From a virus: DNA of 64,000 nt. Where the stretch lies: the IMG/VR virus record IMGVR_UViG_3300020190_000010, positions 64,001 to 128,000 of that record. One strand, written 5' to 3'. The notes beneath the pieces are model-generated. The model searched no databases, had not been told where the DNA came from, and worked only from the letters and a program-made list of their open reading frames with translations. The position numbers and the translations under genes are program-made. Shown here in pieces: positions 18,096 through 27,355 of the stretch (positions within the stretch are counted from its first letter, which is position 1; the number at the start of each line of letters is the position of its first letter).

Positions 18096-19675
18096 GTAAG
18101 AATCTAAAAGATATTATCAAAGAAGAATACGCAAAGTGTGCCGCTAATCCGGTATACTTTATGAAGCGTTATGCTAAAATTCAACATCCAACCCGTGGCA
18201 AGATATTATTCGACCTATATCCATTTCAGGAAGATGTCCTCAAAGAATTTAACACTAACCGGTGGAACATTGTATTAAAGTCTCGTCAGTTAGGTATATC
18301 CACAGTTATTGCTGGATATTCACTTTGGTTGATGTTATTCAATCAAGATAAAAACATTCTTGTTATTGCTACAAAACAAGAAACTGCTAAAAACTTGGTT
18401 ACAAAAGTTCGTGTTATGTATGATAATATGCCAAGTTGGTTAAAGACTGGTGTTCAAGAAGATAATAAACTTTCACTCCGATTTAAGAACGGTTCACAAA
18501 TTAAAGCCGTTTCTGCTGCAGCTGACTCTGCTCGTTCTGAAGCACTTTCACTTCTTATCATAGACGAGGCCGCCTTTATTGATGATATAGATAGAATATG
18601 GGCATCTGCACAACAAACACTTGCAACCGGTGGTACTGCAATAATCAACTCTACTCCAAATGGTGTTGGTAATTTTTATCATAAACAATGGGTAAATGCA
18701 ATAAACAAAGAAAGTGCATTTAATCCAATAGAATTATTATGGCAAGTTCATCCAGACCGTGACCAAAAATGGCGCGATGAACAAGACAAACTATTGGGTC
18801 CTAATATGGCAAAACAAGAGTGTGATGGAAATTTTCTTACATCTGGTCGTTCCGTAATTGATGGTGAACTTGTCCAATGGTATGAACAAACTTATGTGTG
18901 TGAACCAAAAGAACGGCGTGGTGCAGAGGATGCTTATTGGATTTGGGATTATCCAGAACCAAATAAAACATATATGGTTATTGCTGACGTTGCTCGTGGT
19001 GACGGAAATGATAATTCAGCATTCCATGTGATTGATGTAGAAAATATGGAACAAGTTGCAGAATACAAAGGTAAACTCGATACAAAAACTTATGGTAATA
19101 TGTTAGTATCAGTTGCAACAGAATATAACGATGCTCTTCTTGTAGTTGAAAATGCTAACATTGGGTGGGCAGCAATTCAACAGATTATTGATAGAGGTTA
19201 TCCAAATCTTTATTATACATACCGTGAAGATGGGTATACTGATCCATCCGTTCATATTCCAAAGGGTTATGACTTAAAAGACAAGGCACAAATGATTCCT
19301 GGATTTACTACAAGTGCTAAAACAAGACCACTTTTGATTTCAAAATTGGAAACATATTTTCGTGAAAGATTACCAATAATAAAGTCTTCAAGATTAACAC
19401 AAGAACTATATGTGTTTGTTTGGAATGGTGCAAAGGCAGAGGCACAAACAGGATATAATGATGACTTGGTTATGTCATTTGCAATAGGACTTTGGGTTAG
19501 AGATACTGCTCTAAAACTTCGTCAAGAAGGACTGATGAAGACACGAATGAGTTTGGATTATATGGGGAAATCAACAACACCACTAAAACCTTCATATCAA
19601 TATGGAGATGACCTACATGGTTGGAATATGACAGTCAATGGTCAAAATGAAGACCTTACTTGGTTAATAAAATAG
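18092..19675 (+). CDS. gp17: Terminase large subunit (T4 gp17-like)
   Basis: LYPFQ, KSRQLG (Walker A), LIIDEAAF (Walker B), STPNG, ADVARG and DDLVM motifs. Start refined to ATG 18092. Confidence 0.95.
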   Translation: MSKNLKDIIKEEYAKCAANPVYFMKRYAKIQHPTRGKILFDLYPFQEDVLKEFNTNRWNIVLKSRQLGISTVIAGYSLWLMLFNQDKNILVIATKQETAKNLVTKVRVMYDNMPSWLKTGVQEDNKLSLRFKNGSQIKAVSAAADSARSEALSLLIIDEAAFIDDIDRIWASAQQTLATGGTAIINSTPNGVGNFYHKQWVNAINKESAFNPIELLWQVHPDRDQKWRDEQDKLLGPNMAKQECDGNFLTSGRSVIDGELVQWYEQTYVCEPKERRGAEDAYWIWDYPEPNKTYMVIADVARGDGNDNSAFHVIDVENMEQVAEYKGKLDTKTYGNMLVSVATEYNDALLVVENANIGWAAIQQIIDRGYPNLYYTYREDGYTDPSVHIPKGYDLKDKAQMIPGFTTSAKTRPLLISKLETYFRERLPIIKSSRLTQELYVFVWNGAKAEAQTGYNDDLVMSFAIGLWVRDTALKLRQEGLMKTRMSLDYMGKSTTPLKPSYQYGDDLHGWNMTVNGQNEDLTWLIK

Positions 19676-19694
19676 AGTTTGTATTTTTTCCTAC

Positions 19695-19702
19695 ATATTT
19701 AT
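19695..19702 (+). promoter_or_regulatory. Candidate late promoter ATATTTAT
   Basis: Intergenic, before the portal gene. Confidence 0.6.
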
Positions 19703-19734
19703 ATTAAGTTTATATTACATAAAATAGGTGACAA

Positions 19735-21600
19735 ATGGCACAAAATAAATCATTGTTTGATAGACTAAAAACACTTTTTTCTACTAATGTTGTTGTTCGT
19801 AATGTTGGTGGTAAAAAATTAAAAGTTGTTGATACTGCTCGCTATCAAGGTGATGGAAACCCACACACATCAAAAGTTATTGATAGATATGGCAGATTAC
19901 ATGGAACAAAGGGAACACCAATATCAGTATACAATCAATACAATTCATTCGCAGCAACAAAAATAGATCTTTATACTGATTATGAATCAATGGACACAGA
20001 TGCCATAATATCATCTGCACTTGACATATATGCAGATGAAAGCACACTCAAAAATAATCAAGGTGATGTTTTAACTATCAAAACTGACAATGACAATATA
20101 CGTAAAATTCTTCGTAATCTTTTTTATGATGTTCTTAATATAGAATATAATCTTTGGCCATGGATTCGTAATCTTTGTAAATACGGTGATTTTTATTTGT
20201 ATATGGATGTAAAGGAAGAATTGGGTGTTACAAATGTTGTTCCGTTTTCACCATATGAAGTTCAAAGAGAAGAAGGAACTGATCCGGAACATATCTATAT
20301 GACAAAATTTGTATACGAAGGTCCTCTTGGTAGAGGTGAATTTCAAAATTATGAAATGGCACATTTTAGATTATTAGGTGATACTAATTATCTTCCTTAT
20401 GGTAAATCAATTTTAGAAGGTGCTCGTAAACTTTACAAACAACTAGTTTTAATGGAAGATGCGATGTTGATACATCGTATTATGCGTGCTCCTGAAAAAC
20501 GTATTTTCAAAGTTGATATTGGTAATATACCACCGGCTGAAGTAGACCAATACATGAATAACCTTATGAATAGAATGAAGAAGACTCCCGTTATCAATGA
20601 ACAGACTGGTGACTACAATCTCCGTTTTAATATGCAAAATCTTTTGGAAGACTTTTATCTTCCTGTTCGTGGTGGACAATCTGGTACACAAATTGAAACA
20701 CTTGCAGGTTTACAATATCAAGCAATTGAAGATATTGAATATCTTAAAAGTAAAATATTTGCTGCCCTAAAAGTTCCAAAACCGTATTTGGGCTATGATG
20801 AAAGTATAGAAGGAAAGGCAACACTTGCCGCTCTTGATATTCGTTTTGCTAGAACAATAGAAAGAGTACAGAGAATTGTGATTTCTGAATTGACAAAGAT
20901 TGCTATTGTTCATCTATATTCACAGGGATATGAAAATGCAGATTTGGTAAACTTTGAATTGGGATTAACAGGACCTTCTATCATATATGAACAAGAAAAA
21001 GTTGCTCTTATGAAAGAAAAAGTGGACTTGGCGGGAACACTGATAGAAAAGAAACTATTTTCATTGAAATATATTTATTCAAACATATTTAACCTTTCAG
21101 AAGACGAAGCAGAATTTGAAAAGAATGAAGTTCTTGAAGATATTAAACATATGTTCCGTCAAAAACAAATTGAAAATGAAGGAAATGATCCAGCAGTAAC
21201 AAAGGAGTCATTTGGAACACCACATGATATTGCAAGTATGCAAATTCGTGGTGGTAGTAAAATGATAACCGATAATGAAGTTCCAGAAGGTGGTTGGCCT
21301 GGAGCTGGTAGACCTGCTAAGAATTTAAGTTATGGAACAGATAACAGTCCATTTGGCAGGGATCCAATCGGAAAGAAAGATATTGGTAATACATTGAAGG
21401 TTAATAATTCACCAAAAGTAAATTACAAAGGAAATTCACCGTTATCACTTGAAAACCGTGATATAGGTAAATTGATAGATAGTATGTCCGGTATAAAGAT
21501 TAAAACAAAAAAAATAATATCGGAAAGTCTTAAACCGACTATTAAACACGAAAATGAATCAAATTTGTTGAATGAGAACAATTTATTAGATGAATTGTAA
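19735..21600 (+). CDS. gp20: Portal protein (T4 gp20-like)
   Basis: MEDAMLIHRIMRAPEKRIFKVDIGN, EDFYLPVRG and ALKVPK motifs. Confidence 0.95.
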   Translation: MAQNKSLFDRLKTLFSTNVVVRNVGGKKLKVVDTARYQGDGNPHTSKVIDRYGRLHGTKGTPISVYNQYNSFAATKIDLYTDYESMDTDAIISSALDIYADESTLKNNQGDVLTIKTDNDNIRKILRNLFYDVLNIEYNLWPWIRNLCKYGDFYLYMDVKEELGVTNVVPFSPYEVQREEGTDPEHIYMTKFVYEGPLGRGEFQNYEMAHFRLLGDTNYLPYGKSILEGARKLYKQLVLMEDAMLIHRIMRAPEKRIFKVDIGNIPPAEVDQYMNNLMNRMKKTPVINEQTGDYNLRFNMQNLLEDFYLPVRGGQSGTQIETLAGLQYQAIEDIEYLKSKIFAALKVPKPYLGYDESIEGKATLAALDIRFARTIERVQRIVISELTKIAIVHLYSQGYENADLVNFELGLTGPSIIYEQEKVALMKEKVDLAGTLIEKKLFSLKYIYSNIFNLSEDEAEFEKNEVLEDIKHMFRQKQIENEGNDPAVTKESFGTPHDIASMQIRGGSKMITDNEVPEGGWPGAGRPAKNLSYGTDNSPFGRDPIGKKDIGNTLKVNNSPKVNYKGNSPLSLENRDIGKLIDSMSGIKIKTKKIISESLKPTIKHENESNLLNENNLLDEL

Positions 21601-21608
21601 AATTGCCT

Positions 21609-21616
21609 ATATTTAT
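21609..21616 (+). promoter_or_regulatory. Candidate late promoter ATATTTAT
   Basis: Intergenic, before 21652. Confidence 0.6.
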
Positions 21617-21651
21617 TCTATGAAAGTGCACATAAACAGGTATAAGGAACA

Positions 21652-22494
21652 ATGAAGAAAATTAAACATTCTAAATTCAAAAATACTGCAATGCTGTTTG
21701 AGTTATTGACTCGTCAAATAACATCAGACATCATTTCCTCCAACGAATCTGTTGCCATTCAGATTCTCAAAAAATTCTTTAATAAGAACACAGAACTTAT
21801 TAAAGAATATAAATTGTATAAAACCCTTTGTGATGAAAAATTAAAGTCAGACACAAAGGCAAATATGTTAATAGAGGCAGTATTGAAAGCAAGACGTGGA
21901 TTAAACAAACATAAATTACAGAACGAAAAGTATGAATTGATAAAATCAATCAAAGAAAACTTTGATATTGATACATTTTTTCAAACAAAAGTTCAAAATT
22001 ACAAACTTCTTGCTTCCGTATACAAAGTTTTTGAATATAATGAATTGGATAATCCAGTTGAAATTACAAAGTCTCGTATAACCATACTTGAAAGTATAAC
22101 ATCAAAACAAAATACATCCGTAATAACCGAAGATGTTGCTATTGCACAGGAACCAAAAGAAGTTCGTTTGATGGCTTACAAGTATCTTGTTGAAAAATTT
22201 AATGCAAAATATAGTAATTTAACGGAATCACAAAAGGTATTATTACGAGAATACATAGAAAATGTTAGTAATACAAATAACTTAAAGTCTCTTGTTCAAA
22301 CAGAAGCGGTAACTATAAAAAGATTGTTTACAAAAAATATGCATAGGGTAAAAGACAAATCTCTAAAAATAAAATTACAAGAAGTTGCAGGACTTTTGGA
22401 TGAATATGAAACGATAAAGAAAGTAGAAGAAAATCATATCTCTGCTCTACTTCGTTATTACAGTTTAATAGACGATTTATCATGGAGTAAATAA
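21652..22494 (+). CDS. Helical head-region protein (prohead core candidate)
   Basis: Lies between portal and protease. KHSKFKNTAMLFELL N-terminus. Confidence 0.6.
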   Translation: MKKIKHSKFKNTAMLFELLTRQITSDIISSNESVAIQILKKFFNKNTELIKEYKLYKTLCDEKLKSDTKANMLIEAVLKARRGLNKHKLQNEKYELIKSIKENFDIDTFFQTKVQNYKLLASVYKVFEYNELDNPVEITKSRITILESITSKQNTSVITEDVAIAQEPKEVRLMAYKYLVEKFNAKYSNLTESQKVLLREYIENVSNTNNLKSLVQTEAVTIKRLFTKNMHRVKDKSLKIKLQEVAGLLDEYETIKKVEENHISALLRYYSLIDDLSWSK

Positions 22495-22814
22495 TGGCAG
22501 TTAATCAAATACACCCATATAATTTTCCTGCTTCACAGGCAAGTGAATTTGAAAGAAAGGGGCATCCTGGAAAATTCTTTCAATCAATAACTTGTGAAAC
22601 CGGAACTACAACTTTTACTTCCTCTAATTTTGGTGCAGGTGGTATAATTGTACCAAATGGAACTACGGGAACTGCATCATTGTCTTTAGGTGGGACCATT
22701 CCACTTTCTGCTATGGCCAGCACTGCTGCAGTTATACACGAATTATCATTACAGAGTGTAACGGTGGATAGTGGAACCGTATATGTTTTAATTCGTAATC
22801 AAATGATTAGGTAA
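22494..22814 (+). CDS. Small beta-rich hypothetical protein (possible capsid decoration)
   Basis: ORF track, S/T/G-rich, GGAG SD. Confidence 0.55.
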   Translation: MAVNQIHPYNFPASQASEFERKGHPGKFFQSITCETGTTTFTSSNFGAGGIIVPNGTTGTASLSLGGTIPLSAMASTAAVIHELSLQSVTVDSGTVYVLIRNQMIR

Positions 22815-22817
22815 TAT

Positions 22818-23321
22818 ATGAATGTAGAGTCTTTCATAAAAAAATTAAAAGAATCAGAAGAATACCGTCAGTTTGCAGAAGAATTATCATTAGATGAAAT
22901 GAGCACAACTGCTGGTGTTCCCGGATACCAAACGCCAAATGCTTTTGCTAAGAGTGAAGAAGATTTTGAAGAACACAACAAAGAAACTGCAGAAGTTTAT
23001 GGATATAAACTTGTTCCTAAAACAAAAAAGAAAAATTATGAATCAACCTACAAACAGGCAATGGGTTTAATTTCGGAAGGAACATATAAAGATTTTAGAA
23101 CGGATGAAACAAGAAGTTCAAACAGAAAAATAAATGATTCAATTAAGAATATAAATAGAACAATCTACGAAGTAGAAAGAGTTGTTGAACATGCATTGAG
23201 ATTAAAAACAGAAATGAATGTTGATCAAAGAACTCTTTGGGGTGAATCAATGACTAGATTGAGAAAAATATCCGAAAGAATAAATAGAATTACAAAAAAG
23301 ATTAACGAATTAGGTGCATAA
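22818..23321 (+). CDS. Hypothetical head-region protein
   Basis: LDE-MSTTAGVPGYQTPNAF motif and a C-terminal coiled coil. Confidence 0.65.
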   Translation: MNVESFIKKLKESEEYRQFAEELSLDEMSTTAGVPGYQTPNAFAKSEEDFEEHNKETAEVYGYKLVPKTKKKNYESTYKQAMGLISEGTYKDFRTDETRSSNRKINDSIKNINRTIYEVERVVEHALRLKTEMNVDQRTLWGESMTRLRKISERINRITKKINELGA

Positions 23322-23323
23322 AA

Positions 23324-23995
23324 ATGAAAGAACTACTCGTAGACACCATACTTTTTAATGTAAATCCAAAAATGATTACCGAATCTGAAAAGAAAAATGA
23401 CGGTAAAGTTATAGTTTCGGGTGTTTTACAAAGAGCTGAAGTAAAAAATCAAAATGGTAGAGTATATCCTAAAAAGATTTTAATGCGTGAAGTTAAGAAG
23501 TATACCGAAAATCAAATAAAAGAAAATCGTGCGCTCGGTGAACTTGATCATCCAGATTCATCGGTTATCAATCTTCGTAATGTTTCACATAATGTTCTCG
23601 GTGTAGATTGGAAAGGTAATGATGTAGTTGGAACAGTTGAGATACTACCAACACCATCCGGAAATATCCTAAAACAACTTCTTGATGCGGGTATTCGTCT
23701 TGGAATATCATCAAGAGGTTTAGGTTCTGTTGAAGAAATAAGTGAAAGCACAGTTGAAGTTCAAGATGATTTTGAATTGATTGGTTGGGATTTTGTTTCA
23801 AACCCATCAACTCATGGTGCATTTATGTATCCACAAGGAATGAAAGAAGGTTTACATGAAGAATTGATTACAGAAGGTATATCAACTTCAACAATTGCAA
23901 AAATAGATCCTAAAATAAATCGCATCCACAATAATATAACAAACATTATTTGTGAAATTGGTAATGTTTGTGAATGTATATTTGATGGAAGATAA
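23324..23995 (+). CDS. gp21: Prohead core protease (T4 gp21-like)
   Basis: NQNGRVYP, ALGELDHP, GISSRGLGS and DFVSNPST motifs. Confidence 0.95.
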   Translation: MKELLVDTILFNVNPKMITESEKKNDGKVIVSGVLQRAEVKNQNGRVYPKKILMREVKKYTENQIKENRALGELDHPDSSVINLRNVSHNVLGVDWKGNDVVGTVEILPTPSGNILKQLLDAGIRLGISSRGLGSVEEISESTVEVQDDFELIGWDFVSNPSTHGAFMYPQGMKEGLHEELITEGISTSTIAKIDPKINRIHNNITNIICEIGNVCECIFDGR

Positions 23996-23997
23996 CG

Positions 23998-24594
23998 ATG
24001 CCGGCATTATCACAACAGCAACAGAAGTTAATGGGACTTGCACTCTCTTACAAAAGAGGTAAAGTTGCTTCAAGTGATGTTAGTAAATCTGTAAAGGATT
24101 TGGCGTCATCAATGTCTGAAAAAGAATTAGAAAAATATGCTAGAACATCACATAAAGGTCTTCCTAAAAAAGTTGGTGAAACAAAAACATCAATGACAAG
24201 AGAAGAAATAAATAAACTTGTTTCGGATGCTGTTCAAGAAGTAATGAACGAAAAATTTAGTACAAAAGTTCTTACATCTGAACAAAAACAACAATATATT
24301 GAGGCAATTTCAAAATACAATCAATACAGAGAGGTAGTTCATCGTTCAAAGGCACTACCAGAAATAGTTTCTGAAATAAAAAGACTTGTTGAATTTGCAA
24401 GTAAAAACATGGTTGAGGAGTCTGGCGATTGGTTTGAAGGTGTATCACATAGAAGAAACTCAAAAAGATTGAGAGAATCTGTAAATGAATTTCAAAAAAT
24501 ATCGGAAAAAATTGTTAAATTACAAAGAACCCTGGAGTCTATCTACGAGAACATAGGTAAACAACTCGGAACATTTTACGAAATAAAAAAATAA
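23998..24594 (+). CDS. DUF3008-like N-terminal domain plus helical C-terminal domain
   Basis: MPALSQQQQKLMGLAL..KRG...MSEKELEKYA.T.HKGLP. Confidence 0.65.
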   Translation: MPALSQQQQKLMGLALSYKRGKVASSDVSKSVKDLASSMSEKELEKYARTSHKGLPKKVGETKTSMTREEINKLVSDAVQEVMNEKFSTKVLTSEQKQQYIEAISKYNQYREVVHRSKALPEIVSEIKRLVEFASKNMVEESGDWFEGVSHRRNSKRLRESVNEFQKISEKIVKLQRTLESIYENIGKQLGTFYEIKK

Positions 24595-24602
24595 AGGAAA
24601 AA

Positions 24603-24836
24603 ATGGTTATGTCAGACAGAGTTTATACCAGTTCAAAACCTGCTCATGTTAAAGTTAAGGCAGGTGGAATGAATGTAGATACAATGATTAAGGTATTTAA
24701 ACGTAAGGTAAAGGAAGCCGGTATTCTTGAAGAATATAAAAACCGCATGGAATATATTAAACCATCAAAAAGAAAATCTGAAAAAAGAAATGCTGCTGTA
24801 AGAAGACAGAGAAAACTCGATTCAGAAAACATTTAA
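24603..24836 (+). CDS. rpsU: Ribosomal protein bS21 homologue
   Basis: V.V...NVD.MIK.FKRKVKEAGILEEYK.R.EYIKPS..K matches the bS21 pattern. Confidence 0.9.
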   Translation: MVMSDRVYTSSKPAHVKVKAGGMNVDTMIKVFKRKVKEAGILEEYKNRMEYIKPSKRKSEKRNAAVRRQRKLDSENI

Positions 24837-24846
24837 TGGAGATAAA

Positions 24847-26037
24847 ATGACCTTTGCTAGTATTGAAAAACTAATCCGTGACGAAACACGGAAAGTTATT
24901 GAAAACCTGGAAAGGTCTTTTTCGTTATCAGAAGAAGACGAAAAACCTGCAAGCGAAGATCCTAAAAAAATGCTTGTTGTTAATAAAGAAAGTGGAAAGT
25001 CGTATTACATAAGTAAAAAAAGTTTTGATCCAACAAAACATCAAAAATCTGCTCCAAAAGAAACTACAAAAGAAGAAGAAGAAGAAACTTCTTCAGAAGA
25101 AACATCAACTGATTCTGAAGAAGAAATTAAAACCGATGATTCAAAAAAAGAAGATTCTGCAACTTCTGATGAAGAAAAACCAAAAGGTGATGCGGGTGAT
25201 AAAGCAGAAAAAAAACCAGAACAAAAACCAAAAGAACCAAATGAAGAAAAAACTGGATTAAAAACTGTTGGTTTTTTGAATAAAGTTGATGCAGAAAAAT
25301 TAGATACCAAAACAGACAATCTATATCCAAAAACACGTGAACAACTGTTGGAATATGATTATGAAGATATAATTGATATGTATGATTTAAGATTTGATGA
25401 AGATGGGGTAAATTTTAAAAAGTTATACAAACGAGCAGAAATGATTGCAGTATCAAAGTATTCTTTAATAACACCAAAATCAATAGATAAAGAAACTCTA
25501 ATGGCATTGGGTTATTATTATTTGAATACTGAAAGAATAATTAACATATTGAGATTTGCTAAACCAAGTTTAACAAAACCTGAAATACAAAAACAATTAA
25601 AGTTAGGTAAACCAAAAGAAGGCGATAAAAGGGAAAAACAATATAAAAGTGCAATGAATGCATTTACTATTCGTGAAATGAACTATGCATTTGACGAACA
25701 ATTACAAAAATTAGAATATAATATAGTTTCATATCGTTCCGTAGAAAATGAAAAAGTATTACAAATGTTTATTGATGCAGGACAATGGGTAGATAAATCG
25801 TTTGTAACAACATCATTAAACCCTTTAATTACAGAAGGAACTGGAAAAAAGAGATTGCCATTATTTGAATTTTTAATTCCTGCTGGAACGTCTATACTAA
25901 CATTACCATGTCACTCAAATGATTATTGTCACGAAACAGAGGTAACACTTCCAAGAAATTGTAGATATACTATACAAGGATTTAACGATACCAGAAATAT
26001 TTACAAGATATTAGTGGAGCAAAACTATGGCCGATGA
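24847..26037 (+). CDS. Mono-ADP-ribosyltransferase (VIP2/Alt-like R-S-E class) with an acidic N-terminal region
   Basis: SYRSV (R), SFVTTSLNP (STS-like) and HETEVTLPRN (ExE). Confidence 0.8.
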   Translation: MTFASIEKLIRDETRKVIENLERSFSLSEEDEKPASEDPKKMLVVNKESGKSYYISKKSFDPTKHQKSAPKETTKEEEEETSSEETSTDSEEEIKTDDSKKEDSATSDEEKPKGDAGDKAEKKPEQKPKEPNEEKTGLKTVGFLNKVDAEKLDTKTDNLYPKTREQLLEYDYEDIIDMYDLRFDEDGVNFKKLYKRAEMIAVSKYSLITPKSIDKETLMALGYYYLNTERIINILRFAKPSLTKPEIQKQLKLGKPKEGDKREKQYKSAMNAFTIREMNYAFDEQLQKLEYNIVSYRSVENEKVLQMFIDAGQWVDKSFVTTSLNPLITEGTGKKRLPLFEFLIPAGTSILTLPCHSNDYCHETEVTLPRNCRYTIQGFNDTRNIYKILVEQNYGR

Positions 26038-26155
26038 AAAGAAAATAGATACAAAAGACCGAAATAAGAGATACATCTATACAGAAAATGATGCAAAATC
26101 AATCTTTCAGTATGATCCTACAAAAAAACCTATCGAAAAAATAGAAAAAAAATAA
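26027..26155 (+). CDS. 42-aa ORF not in the ORF track (MADEKKIDTKDRNKRYIYTENDAKSIFQYDPTKKPIEKIEKK)
   Basis: Has its own GGAG SD about 7 nt upstream, overlaps the ART stop and fills the intergenic gap. Confidence 0.55.
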   Translation: MADEKKIDTKDRNKRYIYTENDAKSIFQYDPTKKPIEKIEKK

Positions 26156-26163
26156 CTTTCCTT

Positions 26164-26171
26164 ATACTTAT
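26164..26171 (+). promoter_or_regulatory. Candidate late promoter variant ATACTTAT
   Basis: Intergenic, directly before the structured scaffold leader. Confidence 0.45.
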
Positions 26172-26182
26172 ACTTACATAAT

Positions 26183-26257
26183 ACTCTATTCGTTATAGAG
26201 TCCGATATTATTTTTTATTGCAATTAGTGTTTCAAATAACACTAAAAATAGTTGGAG
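26183..26257 (+). promoter_or_regulatory. Structured 5' leader of the scaffold gene
   Basis: Hairpins ACTCTAT/ATAGAGT (26183-26201) and TTAGTGTT/AACACTAA (26224-26245) precede SD GGAG at 26254-26257. Confidence 0.5.
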
Positions 26258-26263
26258 ATTTTT

Positions 26264-27337
26264 ATGAATGATTTATTGAAAGAAGCTATTGCAGATGCAA
26301 AAGCCGTTAAGGAAGTAGCATTAGCAAACGCTAAATTGGCATTGGAAGAAGCATTCACTCCGCGTTTGCAGTCTATGCTTTCCAAAAAGTTGGCAGAGGA
26401 GGCAGAAGCCGAAGAGCCAGTTGAGGAAGGTGAGGGTGAAGAAGAAGCACCCGTAGAAGAATACGGATTTTATAGCGAAGGTGATGATGAAGAACCTGCT
26501 ATGGAAGAAGGTGAAGGCGAAGAAGAAAAGGTTGAAGAAGCCGAAGAAGAAGAAGAAAAGGTTGAAGAAGCTGAAGGTGAAGAAGAAGAAAAAGTTGAAG
26601 AAGGTGAAGATGAAGAAGAACCAATGGATGAAGAATTGATGGAGATTATTCGTCAATTAGAAGAAGACATTGATTCATCCGAAATCGGTGGCGGTGACAA
26701 CAAGAAACCTTCCGCAGTTGCATCTGATGACAGCACAGAAGATAAGGGTGAAAAACTTGTTCAACTTGTTGAAGAAGAAGATGAAGATTCCGAAGAAGTT
26801 GCTGAAATCAAAGAAATTCTCCGTGCTCTTCGTGAAGAAGAAGAAGGTGAAAAGGCAGAAGAAAAAGTTGAAGAAGGTGAAGATGAAGAAGAAGTAGACA
26901 TCAAAGAAGTTCTCCGTGCTCTTCGTGAAGAAGAAGACGAAGAAAAAGTTGAAGAAGCTGAAGAAGAAAAGGAAAAGGAAGTGGCAGAAGCAAAACTTCG
27001 TGAAGCTTATGCTGTAATTTCTTTCTTGCGTTCTAAAATCAATGAAGTCAATCTTTTGAACTCAAAATTGCTCTTCTCTAACAAGTTATTCCGCAAGCAT
27101 TCACTCAATGAAAAACAAAAAATGACTGTTATCGAAAACTTTGATCGTGCATCAAGTCTTCGTGAAGTTAAATTGGTCTATGCTACACTTTGCGAATCGT
27201 TGAGAACAACAAAGATTAAACAAATTAAAGAATCTTTCGCGTCAAAACCAACCGCAAGTACCCGCCCATCAAAACCAATCTTGAATGAAGGTGATGATAT
27301 GGCAAATCGTTTACGTAAATTAGCAGGTTTGAAATAA
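26264..27337 (+). CDS. Prohead scaffold/core protein (gp22-like)
   Basis: Immediately upstream of the major capsid gene. Extremely Glu-rich with EEKVEE repeats and C-terminal RLRKLAGLK. Start ATG 26264 follows GGAG. Confidence 0.8.
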   Translation: MNDLLKEAIADAKAVKEVALANAKLALEEAFTPRLQSMLSKKLAEEAEAEEPVEEGEGEEEAPVEEYGFYSEGDDEEPAMEEGEGEEEKVEEAEEEEEKVEEAEGEEEEKVEEGEDEEEPMDEELMEIIRQLEEDIDSSEIGGGDNKKPSAVASDDSTEDKGEKLVQLVEEEDEDSEEVAEIKEILRALREEEEGEKAEEKVEEGEDEEEVDIKEVLRALREEEDEEKVEEAEEEKEKEVAEAKLREAYAVISFLRSKINEVNLLNSKLLFSNKLFRKHSLNEKQKMTVIENFDRASSLREVKLVYATLCESLRTTKIKQIKESFASKPTASTRPSKPILNEGDDMANRLRKLAGLK

Positions 27338-27355
27338 TTTTTTAAGGAAAAAACA

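Noticed and set aside
26400-26990. GAA-rich low-complexity tract as a regulatory microsatellite
   Set aside because: It is explained by the Glu-rich scaffold coding sequence (EEKVEE and ExLRALREEE repeats).
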